From a virus, in IMG/VR virus record IMGVR_UViG_3300028027_000054, positions 15,807 through 79,806 of that record: a DNA stretch of 64,000 nt; one strand, written 5' to 3'. The translations under genes were made by a program, and so were the position numbers. Of this stretch, positions 19,416 to 28,855 are shown in pieces. The number at the start of each line of letters is the position of its first letter. Within the stretch, counting starts at the first letter, position 1. Below the pieces are notes generated by a model. It ran no database searches, had not been told where the DNA came from, and worked only from the letters and a program-made list of their open reading frames with translations.

Positions 19416-22400
19416 TGGCTTGTAAATACACCTATAACGGAAAAGAGTATACAAAAGAACAACTGGTATCAGGAATAGCTACAGGCTTGTTCCGGGAAAA
19501 CCCCGTGGAAATATTCAAGTCAGTAGCCACGCAGAAAAAGCAGAAGCAGTCTGACATTGTACGGGATACGCTGACGGTGTTGTACCAAAGAAAGAAACAG
19601 GCGGAAGACGTTATACAGGCAATCAAGAACAGTAAGGAGCCCAAGGATGTCAAGCTGAAGAAAAGAGCTTATTATAATGGGATCATCAGCCGTACTAGTG
19701 ATTCTATCAAAGAGCTCTTAGAAACAGATACAGATAAGCAATTAGACTACATATTGGACCTGGCCCGTATAGATGCTGAACTGGTCAGGGCTATGTACAC
19801 GTCCAAGAGTATGACCTTTAATGAGCTGCAGTTTGCCAACACCATAGTAGAAACATGGTCGAATCTTCCTGAAGCTTTGGGTATAGTTGATATTTACGAT
19901 GCTAAAGTAGATCCTGAGCTTACCAAGCAGCTGGAACAAAACGAGGTGGAGTATGCCCTTCTTAGCAGACGCTCACATGCCATGGCTGTAGAGCTGATCA
20001 AGAAAGCATCTAAGGGAAAACTGTCAGAGGATGACATTACCAAATTGGTTGACACTACATTCTTAACTGAATACACCAGGGAACTGTCCACTGCAGGTAT
20101 TCCTATCTCCAACCACCTGGCATACATCATGAAGGAGGTTAACCTTAGAATCAACAAGGAGCATAATAAGAACTATGACCTGATTGACAGGATGACTCAG
20201 GGGATTAAAGACTTCAGCATCTTTATTAAGAAACAAAAGAATAAGGACGGGGTAGAAACCCTGGGTTTAGTGACCCGTTATTCTCAGAAGTTCTGGGAAA
20301 CCCGCAGGTCCGTTAACCGTAAACTCCGTAAAGATCTTAAAGAAGCTGCTGGAGATAAAGCCAAGACTTCTCTGGCCTGGAGAACCTATCATACCTGGAA
20401 TGAATCTAATACCATTGCTTTCAATGCCCTGTTGTTTATCAACCGCAATAACTATACAGACCAGCAGAGAGACGCAGAGATCACCAGGATGAGAAACCTG
20501 GGCTTTAACCAATTGGAGGTTGATGATATCATCGTTGAATCTTTTAAACGCTATGAAAGGTTTCAGAACCGTTTAGAAGAGTATGAGCATGAGATCATGA
20601 CTGAGGCAGCGGAAGATCCGTCTATTATTCCCCAGGCTATGACTTATGATGAGTTTGTAAAAAGCAAGGTGGAAGAGTTTGAGGAGATGAACAATCCACT
20701 GAAGTACATGGACCAAAAGTTCTCTGGTGCAAAGATTACTTCTTATGGTGGAGCAAACTATACCTATTTGATCCCGGTAAAAGCACTGGGCGGAAAAGAC
20801 AGCGGGTACTATGATGCCAACTTTACCAAGATTGCAGCAGATCCAAAACTGTATGAGTTTTATACCTGGTATACGAAGTTCATATCTGACAACCTGAGCT
20901 GGTTGCCACAAGAAGAGATTGAAGACCTGGGTAGTAACTTCTTACCGGTTATCGCAGACAGGCTCGCTAAAGAATATGGTTTTACAAGCCTGAAGGAATC
21001 TGTTAACGGACTGGGTGACTGGTTCGTAAAAGCTCTTAGTAACAACGGTTTTGAAGAAAAGACAACGGTGAATCCGTTCAGCCGTAAGGAACTGCGGGAT
21101 TTCAAGAGCAGATTCATTAATGAAGCAGTGGCTGTAGAAGAAAGATCCACTGACCTGGGTTTGATTGCCAAGCTATTTAGTGACATGGCATTGGTTTACA
21201 AGCATAAGAACACGGTAAAAGCAGAAGTAGATACGATCAATGACATGATCCAGAACACTAAAGGATCTTATAAGTTTGACAAGAAGCTCAACACACTAAT
21301 CCGCCAGGATAAAGATGCCAAGAGTATCCAGTCTTTGGCTGACTGGACAGTGAGAAAGGGATTCTATGGACTTAAGTCTGAAGATCCACTGTGGCAAAGT
21401 GACGAGCTTTTCTATGACTGGAAAGAACTCATTCCTCTGATGGGTTATAAGTCTGCCAAAGCTAAAGAAGCCCAGGCACTTAGTGAGGATATAACTAAAC
21501 TTAATAAAGCTTTAGAAGAAAACCTTAACCTTTCTGATGAAGATCGTCAGAAGATTGTAGACGCCAGGAATGCTAAGATTGAGCAGTACTACAAGCTTGG
21601 TGGCAGAAGATTCTCGTTAACAAAAGCTATAGATAGTGGTATCAACAATACACGTCTCACTGCATTAGGATTTGCTCCTTTCTCAGCTGTACGAAACTTA
21701 GTGGTTGGAAAGATCAATAATTATATGCATAGTGCAGGTGGCAGAGACTATACAAAAAAAGAGCAGAGGTGGGCAAACAAACTGCTGACTCAAACCGTAG
21801 CCAGGTATTGGAGCGGAGGTAAGTTTGAATCTTCTACGACACGTAAGATTGCCGGACTGTTAAGTGATTCTGGTATGGTGGAAGGAGATGATGGAATGTA
21901 TATGAGAACCATAGCAGATAAGAAGACTCCCCTGAATAAGCTCAGAGAGATGATTCCCAAAGCTTACACCTGGCTCAGTGGTGGTGACTATCATTTCAAG
22001 GCTGAGATGATGCTTTCTGCTATGAAGTTTGAAAAGGTTAAGACCAGTAAAGGAGAGATGTCTTTTTGGGATGTACTCAATGAAGAGCGTGAATATAACG
22101 AGGCTGAATACGGTCCCTGGGATGCAGCTGCAAATGGAGGTTTAAACTTTGAGGATTTCTATAATAAGAAGATGCTCAAGTACCGTCAGCTGGCCAACAA
22201 ACTCCATGGTGCTACCGGTAAAGACGTGTTTGTAAAAGGTAAAGACAACGCTATTGGTCGTTTGTTATTCATGTTTAAATCCTGGTTACCTGAAACGGTT
22301 GGTGTAAGGTTTGATCCCCGTCACAAAGATGCTTTGCTGGAACGTGATGAAGAGGGTTATTACAGAACCTTTGGTCGTATGGTATGGGACAAGAAAGCAA

Positions 22401-22864
22401 GCGTTATCAAAATGATGTTCAACGCTATGTTAGGAAGAGATGTGGGTTTACAAGACGAGATGGAGTTGGCTAACTTTAAAAAAGCTGTTAAAGAAATCCA
22501 GGTGCTCACTACACTGTGGATGAGTTATCTACTGCTGAGAGCTATGGCTCCGGATGATGATAAGGACAAGAAGATCTACAACTTGCTTTTACTGCGTCAG
22601 CTACATGACCTGAATCGTGATATGACTTATTATATTAATATTAACTCAGTGTCTGAACTGCAGCGGGAAGCTTTTCCCATTATCAGGACCATGAGAAACT
22701 GGGGAGATGCTGGTAAAGCGGTAGCTTACTATGGCCTGGGAGTAGAAAATGATGAGGGAGAACTGGAGTATGATGCTCAACGGACAGCTCTTAAAGTGAC
22801 CAAGGTGTTACCGGTGTTAAGTAATGTCAACCGGGTAATATACTACGCTAAACAAGTAGATTAA
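19415..22864 (+). CDS. Virion-ejected protein downstream of the vRNAP (~1149 aa)
   Basis: ATG overlaps the vRNAP stop (TAATG). Helical protein with a hydrophobic C-terminal region; last gene of the + block. Confidence 0.7.
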   Translation: MACKYTYNGKEYTKEQLVSGIATGLFRENPVEIFKSVATQKKQKQSDIVRDTLTVLYQRKKQAEDVIQAIKNSKEPKDVKLKKRAYYNGIISRTSDSIKELLETDTDKQLDYILDLARIDAELVRAMYTSKSMTFNELQFANTIVETWSNLPEALGIVDIYDAKVDPELTKQLEQNEVEYALLSRRSHAMAVELIKKASKGKLSEDDITKLVDTTFLTEYTRELSTAGIPISNHLAYIMKEVNLRINKEHNKNYDLIDRMTQGIKDFSIFIKKQKNKDGVETLGLVTRYSQKFWETRRSVNRKLRKDLKEAAGDKAKTSLAWRTYHTWNESNTIAFNALLFINRNNYTDQQRDAEITRMRNLGFNQLEVDDIIVESFKRYERFQNRLEEYEHEIMTEAAEDPSIIPQAMTYDEFVKSKVEEFEEMNNPLKYMDQKFSGAKITSYGGANYTYLIPVKALGGKDSGYYDANFTKIAADPKLYEFYTWYTKFISDNLSWLPQEEIEDLGSNFLPVIADRLAKEYGFTSLKESVNGLGDWFVKALSNNGFEEKTTVNPFSRKELRDFKSRFINEAVAVEERSTDLGLIAKLFSDMALVYKHKNTVKAEVDTINDMIQNTKGSYKFDKKLNTLIRQDKDAKSIQSLADWTVRKGFYGLKSEDPLWQSDELFYDWKELIPLMGYKSAKAKEAQALSEDITKLNKALEENLNLSDEDRQKIVDARNAKIEQYYKLGGRRFSLTKAIDSGINNTRLTALGFAPFSAVRNLVVGKINNYMHSAGGRDYTKKEQRWANKLLTQTVARYWSGGKFESSTTRKIAGLLSDSGMVEGDDGMYMRTIADKKTPLNKLREMIPKAYTWLSGGDYHFKAEMMLSAMKFEKVKTSKGEMSFWDVLNEEREYNEAEYGPWDAAANGGLNFEDFYNKKMLKYRQLANKLHGATGKDVFVKGKDNAIGRLLFMFKSWLPETVGVRFDPRHKDALLERDEEGYYRTFGRMVWDKKASVIKMMFNAMLGRDVGLQDEMELANFKKAVKEIQVLTTLWMSYLLLRAMAPDDDKDKKIYNLLLLRQLHDLNRDMTYYININSVSELQREAFPIIRTMRNWGDAGKAVAYYGLGVENDEGELEYDAQRTALKVTKVLPVLSNVNRVIYYAKQVD

Positions 22865-22899
22865 AAAAAGGGGTAGCTAATCACTACCCCTTCTCTTTT
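22863..22899. terminator. Bidirectional intrinsic terminator between convergent blocks
   Basis: AAAAAAGGGGTAG-ctaatca-CTACCCCTTCTCTTTT hairpin with A and T tracts on either side. Confidence 0.8.
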
Positions 22900-23054
22900 T
22901 AGTACCAGGTAAAGTATAAGGATCCAAACAGGAAGCCAAGTCCTATTTCATGGAACTTTACTTCTTTCTGATCTTTATTGATACCTGTACCGCTTCTGTA
23001 ATCAAAACCAAGTAAGCATCCTACTGTGCTAAAAAACTCTAGTCGTATTTCCAT
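22899..23054 (-). CDS. Small hypothetical protein
   Basis: MEIRLEF... start overlaps the stop of the upstream gene. Confidence 0.5.
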   Translation of the reverse strand: MEIRLEFFSTVGCLLGFDYRSGTGINKDQKEVKFHEIGLGFLFGSLYFTWY

Positions 23055-23494
23055 TATTCTGTTGTTTTTTCTGTTGTGAATGGATGCCTCATCATGAAGC
23101 AATCCTGTTCCTGACCCATGTGTTTCTTAAACCCGTTGAGCATGCTCTGGATATTGGCAGCTCCTACAGGGTTATGAGAATGGACACAGCATTTCTTGAG
23201 GTCTACCTTGTTGTCCTGGCAATATGATATTAGCCAGTCTGCACAGTTAAGACCTGTCTTTTCTGTAAAGAGCTCATAGCTGGGTTGCTGAAACCCCTGC
23301 TGGGCTATCTGCTCATAATAATCGTTCATGTGTTCATCCGCCAGGTCGTGGTCAAATGAGATCATGTCCGGTACTCCGTTGTCTGTGATCCATGCTACAA
23401 ACTCGCTATAGTTTCTGACTACATACCATGGCTCGTAGCCAGGTAGTGGTGTTGTAGGTGTACGTACGTCATCTAGGTATAACGCTTTTTTCAT
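23054..23494 (-). CDS. Cyclic-phosphate-processing receiver-like (cREC) domain protein
   Basis: Motif pattern YLDDVR ... ISFDHDL ... TG ... VHSHNPVG. Confidence 0.75.
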   Translation of the reverse strand: MKKALYLDDVRTPTTPLPGYEPWYVVRNYSEFVAWITDNGVPDMISFDHDLADEHMNDYYEQIAQQGFQQPSYELFTEKTGLNCADWLISYCQDNKVDLKKCCVHSHNPVGAANIQSMLNGFKKHMGQEQDCFMMRHPFTTEKTTE

Positions 23495-23874
23495 AAGGGT
23501 GGGTTTTCTATAAGGTCTAAACGTCTTTTGAATTCTTCATTTTCTCTCTGCAGGTCTACTATCCGGAACATGCATTCCTCAGTTACAGTAGCCAGAGATC
23601 TCAACGATTCTACATACTCGAGCAAGGACTGATTGCAGCCGTGGCTGACAATCAGCTCATCTGCTATGTAGGCTTCTACTTTGATATTAATTGCAGCAGG
23701 AAAGTTTCCTGAATACACCTTTAGTTTCTGACCAAGTGTATAGTCGTAGGCGTGGTTAACACCTGCTTGTATGGTAATTCTGAGATGATCTGCCAGCCAG
23801 GCTTTCATCTCGTCATGTAGGAAAAACCGTGGTGGGTCCCCCGGTTTGCGGTCCTTGAGTATTTGGTCTATCAT
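23491..23874 (-). CDS. Hypothetical protein
   Basis: 127-aa ORF coupled to its neighbours. Confidence 0.55.
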   Translation of the reverse strand: MIDQILKDRKPGDPPRFFLHDEMKAWLADHLRITIQAGVNHAYDYTLGQKLKVYSGNFPAAINIKVEAYIADELIVSHGCNQSLLEYVESLRSLATVTEECMFRIVDLQRENEEFKRRLDLIENPPL

Positions 23875-24031
23875 TTTCTAGGGTTGTGGTTCCTTTAACA
23901 GCAGGTTTAGTAAAAGGACAGTGGCGGCATTTGTTCCCGCAGCAGTAACCCCTCTTGAGGTGGTAGACTGCCGTGAATATTGTCATGCCGCCTTCTGTAT
24001 AGAAGTCCTTATCTGTTATCTCCCGAGCCAT
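23813..24031 (-). CDS. Small Cys-rich protein (DUF5522-like)
   Basis: HLKRGYCCGNKCRHCPF motif. Confidence 0.65.
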   Translation of the reverse strand: MAREITDKDFYTEGGMTIFTAVYHLKRGYCCGNKCRHCPFTKPAVKGTTTLENDRPNTQGPQTGGPTTVFPT

Positions 24032-24335
24032 GGATCATGTTTCTTTCCTTACGGTCTTTAAGCTTTTGATAATTAGCCTGGGCTATGTCATCCAGCTTCA
24101 GACCACAGTCCCTGGCCAGTATGGCTACGTACCACAGTACATCACCTAATTCTTTTTTGATGCCGTCTGTAAACTTCTCGTCTGCTACCGTATTGCTATC
24201 CCGGACTAACTTCTTTACTTTTTCCACTACTTCTCCGGTTTCACCGGCAAGTCCGAGGGCAGGATAAATAAGCGTGTAGCTGGTAGGGTAAACAGCTGTA
24301 GTTTCAGCCAGGTCTTGATACTCGTTAAATGTCAT
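24009..24335 (-). CDS. MazG-like nucleoside triphosphate pyrophosphohydrolase
   Basis: LGLAGETGEVVEKVKK ... ELGDVLWY ... N..KL..R motifs. Confidence 0.85.
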   Translation of the reverse strand: MTFNEYQDLAETTAVYPTSYTLIYPALGLAGETGEVVEKVKKLVRDSNTVADEKFTDGIKKELGDVLWYVAILARDCGLKLDDIAQANYQKLKDRKERNMIHGSGDNR

Positions 24336-24801
24336 TGGGTTCAGTTTTAATAAGCGTTGTTTGATGAGTGTCTATCCAAGCTTGGATTAACCGGTCACAT
24401 TTAACCTGCCATCCGTTGGCGTCTACCTGGATCATGGGTACGTTACACTTGTTGGCCTTGGCTTTAGAGAACTCTTCAGGGTTATCATCTAAGTGCCAGA
24501 CAAACTTGGTCCCGTTCAGGTAAGTATACTTCCACTCCATACAGGTGAACCTGACATGGTGCCTTGGTATACCCAGGGATTCTGCTACACCCCATACATT
24601 AAAGTTGGGATCACCATCATGGTTGTGATAGATCTCAGCCCACTCATGAGCCGGAAACTTTTCTAACCACTTGTGCATATGGTTGGCGTCATAACGTGTG
24701 GTGACAATCCACACTTCTATACCTCTTTTGATGAGGCTCTTGGCATATTCTTGTACCGGACCAAGTTCCAGGGTGCCGTCAAAGTCAAAGGATACTTTCA
24801 T
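24325..24801 (-). CDS. HAD-superfamily phosphatase
   Basis: MKVSFDFDGTL (motif I), IVTTR (motif II), HLDD (motif IV). Start reassigned to the ATG at 24801. Confidence 0.75.
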   Translation of the reverse strand: MKVSFDFDGTLELGPVQEYAKSLIKRGIEVWIVTTRYDANHMHKWLEKFPAHEWAEIYHNHDGDPNFNVWGVAESLGIPRHHVRFTCMEWKYTYLNGTKFVWHLDDNPEEFSKAKANKCNVPMIQVDANGWQVKCDRLIQAWIDTHQTTLIKTEPNDI

Positions 24802-24893
24802 AAAAAGAATTTTATTACAGCTCTCCAGAATAAAAAAGACAAGATGGCGGCCAGCGTCCATGTAATGATAAAGGCCCAGTTAAGCTTCTTCAT
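24798..24893 (-). CDS. 31-aa membrane peptide (not in ORF track)
   Basis: MKKLNWAFIITWTLAAILSFLFWRAVIKFFL*; its stop overlaps the HAD start (ATGA). Confidence 0.55.
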   Translation of the reverse strand: MKKLNWAFIITWTLAAILSFLFWRAVIKFFL

Positions 24894-25164
24894 TGAGTAG
24901 GATTTTCTTTGTACAGTGGTTGATCAACGCAAGGTCTCCGTCTTTCATGGCAGAGAGCCTGGGTGCTATTTCTTTGTCCAGGGTGGTAGAGTATGTTCTC
25001 CCCCTCCTGGCACAAGCGTGCTGTATAGCGGCTGGTGTACATCCTAACTTGTAACCTGCCTTTTTATAGTTCTCATAAACAGCAATCAGCTTCTGTCTCT
25101 GAGGGTCATAGATTCTAATACATGTATTGTCCGGTATCTGGTTAACACTAATCTTCTGCAGCAT
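24880..25164 (-). CDS. NUMOD1-like HTH DNA-binding protein
   Basis: LIAVYENYKKAGYKLGCTPAAIQHAC pattern. Confidence 0.5.
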   Translation of the reverse strand: MLQKISVNQIPDNTCIRIYDPQRQKLIAVYENYKKAGYKLGCTPAAIQHACARRGRTYSTTLDKEIAPRLSAMKDGDLALINHCTKKILLNEEA

Positions 25165-25236
25165 GTCTCGTCTATAGGGGTTAGGAAAAAGTAAAGTTAT
25201 ACAAAATGTAGAACTCAGCAAAAGAAAATGGAGAGG

Positions 25237-25461
25237 TTAGTCTCCACTTTCCCAGAACAGCTTTCTGACGGCACCACCCAGCTCCATGTCATTGGAGTGG
25301 TCCCTGATCAGGCGGACCGGCACTTGTATGGTCCTTGTGTTGGCACTGTAACAGGTGATACAGTACTGACCTACGCCTTCTACATAACCATACCTGGTGT
25401 CAATATGATCTGTAAACTCATAGATCGTTTCATTTCCGCATTGTACGCAACAGTCTCTCAT
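25237..25461 (-). CDS. Small zinc-finger protein
   Basis: CVQC ... YVEGVGQYCITC; start overlaps the upstream stop. Confidence 0.55.
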   Translation of the reverse strand: MRDCCVQCGNETIYEFTDHIDTRYGYVEGVGQYCITCYSANTRTIQVPVRLIRDHSNDMELGGAVRKLFWESGD

Positions 25462-25718
25462 AGGTCGGCATTTATAAGTTGATGTGAATTCTTCCATCTT
25501 TTCTGCAGGTCTTCCCAATAACCACGTTCATCATTGAACCGGTTACATACTGCAACCAGATCAGGGTACCCCAGGGCAATCTTAGCCCGGTTTATTCTAT
25601 CCATTTTAAATATGGTGTCTATAAGAGCAGTGAATCCACTGCCAGCCATACTGTTCTTGTAATGCATGAACAGCTCTTCGGCTTCTGTAAATGTGGGTCT
25701 AGTTTCCATAAAGGTCAA
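25458..25718 (-). CDS. Hypothetical protein
   Basis: 86-aa ORF in a coupled gene string. Confidence 0.55.
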   Translation of the reverse strand: MTFMETRPTFTEAEELFMHYKNSMAGSGFTALIDTIFKMDRINRAKIALGYPDLVAVCNRFNDERGYWEDLQKRWKNSHQLINADL

Positions 25719-25923
25719 GTTGATCTGCCATTGATCTGATTGTTCTGGCCAGCTGTTTAGCTAGGTTTTTTAAAGAGTCTTCACTTAGTGTTGTCATCCA
25801 CTCATCTTGCTTTTCTTCCGGACAGTCTTCAAAGCAAGTGGGTTCTCTACGTTCATCTTCTTCAAACTGGTGGAAGATGTAAATACCGCTGATGTTTCTA
25901 CGGTTTACTTGATCTATTTTCAT
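25699..25923 (-). CDS. Hypothetical protein
   Basis: 74-aa coupled ORF. Confidence 0.55.
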   Translation of the reverse strand: MKIDQVNRRNISGIYIFHQFEEDERREPTCFEDCPEEKQDEWMTTLSEDSLKNLAKQLARTIRSMADQLDLYGN

Positions 25924-26144
25924 ACGAGGTAGTTTGGGTCAAAGATGAAGTCATACATTTCTTCTGAGGGTATCTCACAGAGTTGCATGGCTTTTACAAT
26001 AACTTTAAGAGGGGGCTGGGCCCTGTTCTCTTCATACGATCCAAGGGCGGACCGGGTAATACCTAGTTCATGAGCAAAGGTTTCCTGGCTCATGCCGAGC
26101 TCATTACGTAGCTCTTTGAAGTTCTGATTAATGTAGATTGTCAT
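25920..26144 (-). CDS. XRE-family HTH regulator
   Basis: LRNELGMSQETFAHELGITRSALGSYEENRAQP. Confidence 0.85.
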   Translation of the reverse strand: MTIYINQNFKELRNELGMSQETFAHELGITRSALGSYEENRAQPPLKVIVKAMQLCEIPSEEMYDFIFDPNYLV

Positions 26145-26833
26145 AGTGTGATGATATTTCCATGTGAAGTAAGTCCTAAGTCAAACTTGCCGTCATGCAC
26201 GCAGGCTGCATTGGAAAAAATGGTGGGCGTCTTTGAATAACGGGCTATCCCCTGGTTGGTTTCTACGCCGTCCATGTTGTGGATATGTCCAAAGGCTACC
26301 AGCTTCAGGGTATCCTTGAGAGCCCAGCATCGTTTCATCAGAGCTGAGCAGCCACACATCTCCAGGTCACCAAACCGGTCAAAGCTTAAGTCCCTGACGC
26401 CCTTGGGAGGCCCATGTACAATGATGACATCAGTATCGTCTGGTATAGTATTCCATACCCTGTTGATTGTCTCCCTGGATTTCATGAATGCCCAGTCTCC
26501 AAAGGTGGGTGTATGAGGAGATCCCCAGAACTTGATACCGTCTATAGTAGTACTGGCGTTCTCCAGGTAGAAGATACCAGCAGCATGAAAATCTGCAGGG
26601 GTAACCATGCGTCTTTCTATAGACGTGTCATGGTTACCGGCTACATAGATCTTATGCTTGACAGGTATAGATTCATACCAGGCAATGAAGTTTCTAACCT
26701 CGGGCTCATTACGATAAGGGTCTCTCCAGTTAGAGCAGTCACCACTGTGAATGACTACGTCTATGTCTGTAAAGCGGTCGTCTGGGAACATACCATGAAA
26801 TCCATGGGTGTCAGAAAGGTGCAGCAGTTTCAT
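26141..26833 (-). CDS. Calcineurin-like metallophosphoesterase
   Basis: SDTH, HSGD, AGNHD, HGPP and GHIH motifs. Confidence 0.9.
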   Translation of the reverse strand: MKLLHLSDTHGFHGMFPDDRFTDIDVVIHSGDCSNWRDPYRNEPEVRNFIAWYESIPVKHKIYVAGNHDTSIERRMVTPADFHAAGIFYLENASTTIDGIKFWGSPHTPTFGDWAFMKSRETINRVWNTIPDDTDVIIVHGPPKGVRDLSFDRFGDLEMCGCSALMKRCWALKDTLKLVAFGHIHNMDGVETNQGIARYSKTPTIFSNAACVHDGKFDLGLTSHGNIITL

Positions 26834-26836
26834 AGT

Positions 26837-27688
26837 TTAGAATATATACCGGATACCAGCCGGGTTGAAGAATTCTGCATACAGTTTGGTAAAGTCCTGT
26901 ATCATTTGTCTTTTAAGCTGCCACTGATAACGAATGTTATCTGGTGCATACTGAGAATCCTTAGCTTCCTGGATATCAGGACGCCATAACAGATCACGCA
27001 CAGGCTGAGCGTTACGCTCGTGCTGATGAATGTTATGGGTTAAGAATATGCACTCACTTTTGACATGTATACCTGCATCCCAAAGTTGTCTAAACAGTTT
27101 TCTGTACTTATCGAGCCAGCCTTCTGCATAGATGATGGGAGAAAAGTTAATGTGTACTTCTAAGTGCTCCATTAGCTTAGGTATGGCTTCTATGCGTGCA
27201 GTTATCTGATCTGTGCCTGGTTCCAGTACGTCTGAGTATTCCTGAGGCATCAGACTCACCCTGACTCTGTGTTTGGCCGGGTCTAGATCATACTGCATAG
27301 GAAGCAACATCGTTGGATACTTAGTAGCAAAAGTGCTTTTGGCTTTGGGCTCTACATTAAAGTAGTCAAAGACTATCTGCCAATCATAATGCTTACGCAT
27401 GAGTGATACATCTGTACTGCATCCGATATCTATAGTGTAATACGTGTCGTCTACCTGATTAGGTATCTTTGGCCAGGGTTGCTTTTGCACCCAGCCGTCT
27501 ACAGAAGCTATGATAGGTAAGAAGTTCTCATTGACATATACTTTGTCATGGTTATATCTACCTACATAGCAGTATGAGGACATGCATCCTCCGAGACACC
27601 CGTAGATAAAGTTGGGACTAATAGCATCAGAGCTACGTCCGTTGTCACGGGTGGTGAGTGTTTTAGTTTTCTGCTTTAAAATCTGCAT
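26837..27688 (-). CDS. Spore photoproduct lyase-like radical SAM protein
   Basis: GCLGGCMSSYCYV cluster motif, plus IGCSTD, FATKY, RVSLMPQ and NFSPII. Confidence 0.75.
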   Translation of the reverse strand: MQILKQKTKTLTTRDNGRSSDAISPNFIYGCLGGCMSSYCYVGRYNHDKVYVNENFLPIIASVDGWVQKQPWPKIPNQVDDTYYTIDIGCSTDVSLMRKHYDWQIVFDYFNVEPKAKSTFATKYPTMLLPMQYDLDPAKHRVRVSLMPQEYSDVLEPGTDQITARIEAIPKLMEHLEVHINFSPIIYAEGWLDKYRKLFRQLWDAGIHVKSECIFLTHNIHQHERNAQPVRDLLWRPDIQEAKDSQYAPDNIRYQWQLKRQMIQDFTKLYAEFFNPAGIRYIF

Positions 27689-28496
27689 TGATCAGGTTGT
27701 TCTTCTTAAGAATAGAATGAATAGTGAACATGAGAGAGACGATGTCAGAGCCGTTCATGATCTTGTGGTCAAAATCCCAGTTGTCAAGACCAGTCTCAGA
27801 AGGGTGTGCATTTATTGCACTAACTCCGGGACGGTCTACACGGATAACTATCCCACCAGCATCCTTGATAGCCTGGGCTTCGTTGGGAAACCTGGTGTCT
27901 GTGATGATCCAGTTGGGGTACTGGTAGTCATTATCTTCTGTTATACCAGGACCGACTTGAGGTAGTGCTACGTAGTCAGCCATAAGAGCATTTACCCAGG
28001 TGTTAGGATGTAGCCCGTTACGACAAGCATCAGTACCCAGCTCTTGTAAGAATTGTCTGACTGTTATTCTGCATTTTTCTTTTTCCCAGGTTTTTTTATA
28101 AGAGCCATGTATAACTGGATTGAACAAAAGATTGGCATCAGCTTGTTCTTCTGTAATGACTCTTGCTTGTTCTGTTATTTTGGTCTTACCTTCTTTAAGT
28201 TTGATGCTCCAATAATCCCACTCTGGTCCAAGGAAAGTCTTCTTAAACTCCTGGTCTTCAAACTTATTTACAGGAATGCCGGTAAGAAGAGATGCTATAG
28301 TCTTAAGTTTACCTGCCCATTTCTTGATCTCCCAACCAGATTGTTCTTCCAACCACCACTCATGTTGTGAATGATAGAAGGTTATAAGCTCTAGTACAGT
28401 ATAACCTTCAGGAATTTTTGGACAGGTTATTATTTGTATAAGTTTTCCAATTGTGTCTTTGCCGCTACCTGCGTAGCCGTTGATACCTATGATCAT
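27663..28496 (-). CDS. Deoxynucleoside monophosphate kinase
   Basis: IIGINGYAGSGKDT, RQFLQELGTD, ITDTRFPNE, HPSE. Confidence 0.88.
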   Translation of the reverse strand: MIIGINGYAGSGKDTIGKLIQIITCPKIPEGYTVLELITFYHSQHEWWLEEQSGWEIKKWAGKLKTIASLLTGIPVNKFEDQEFKKTFLGPEWDYWSIKLKEGKTKITEQARVITEEQADANLLFNPVIHGSYKKTWEKEKCRITVRQFLQELGTDACRNGLHPNTWVNALMADYVALPQVGPGITEDNDYQYPNWIITDTRFPNEAQAIKDAGGIVIRVDRPGVSAINAHPSETGLDNWDFDHKIMNGSDIVSLMFTIHSILKKNNLINADFKAEN

Positions 28497-28855
28497 GCGT
28501 TGGTTATTTTAGGTTCAGGAAAAGGAAGACCATCAGCCTTCCAGTCTTTGGCTTGTTCTTTAGTAAGAACCAAGCCTTCACTCGGTTTTATTCTATCAAA
28601 AAATCTTTTTTCTATGCTTTTAGTATTCAGTGCTGCTTCACTACTGGTCAGGTGATAACCTTTGCAGAATGGACAACGGTAAAACCTGCACTGTGCTGGT
28701 TTACCGGATCTTCTTTTGATACGTTTTTGGGTAACGTGATCATATGCTGTTAGCTTGGCCTTTAACTTTTGTAAAGCTGTTTTAGCTTCACCGCCAGTAG
28801 GATACCTGGTTTTACCCGTGGCACTACACTTGCTTATGTTCAGGGTCTGGTCCAT
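28493..28855 (-). CDS. Zinc-ribbon protein
   Basis: C..TGKTRY ... YRCPFCKGYHLTS. Confidence 0.6.
   Translation of the reverse strand: MDQTLNISKCSATGKTRYPTGGEAKTALQKLKAKLTAYDHVTQKRIKRRSGKPAQCRFYRCPFCKGYHLTSSEAALNTKSIEKRFFDRIKPSEGLVLTKEQAKDWKADGLPFPEPKITNA

Noticed and set aside
1381-21186. Many - strand shadow ORFs under the giant genes
   Set aside because: Antisense frames with no recognisable motifs.
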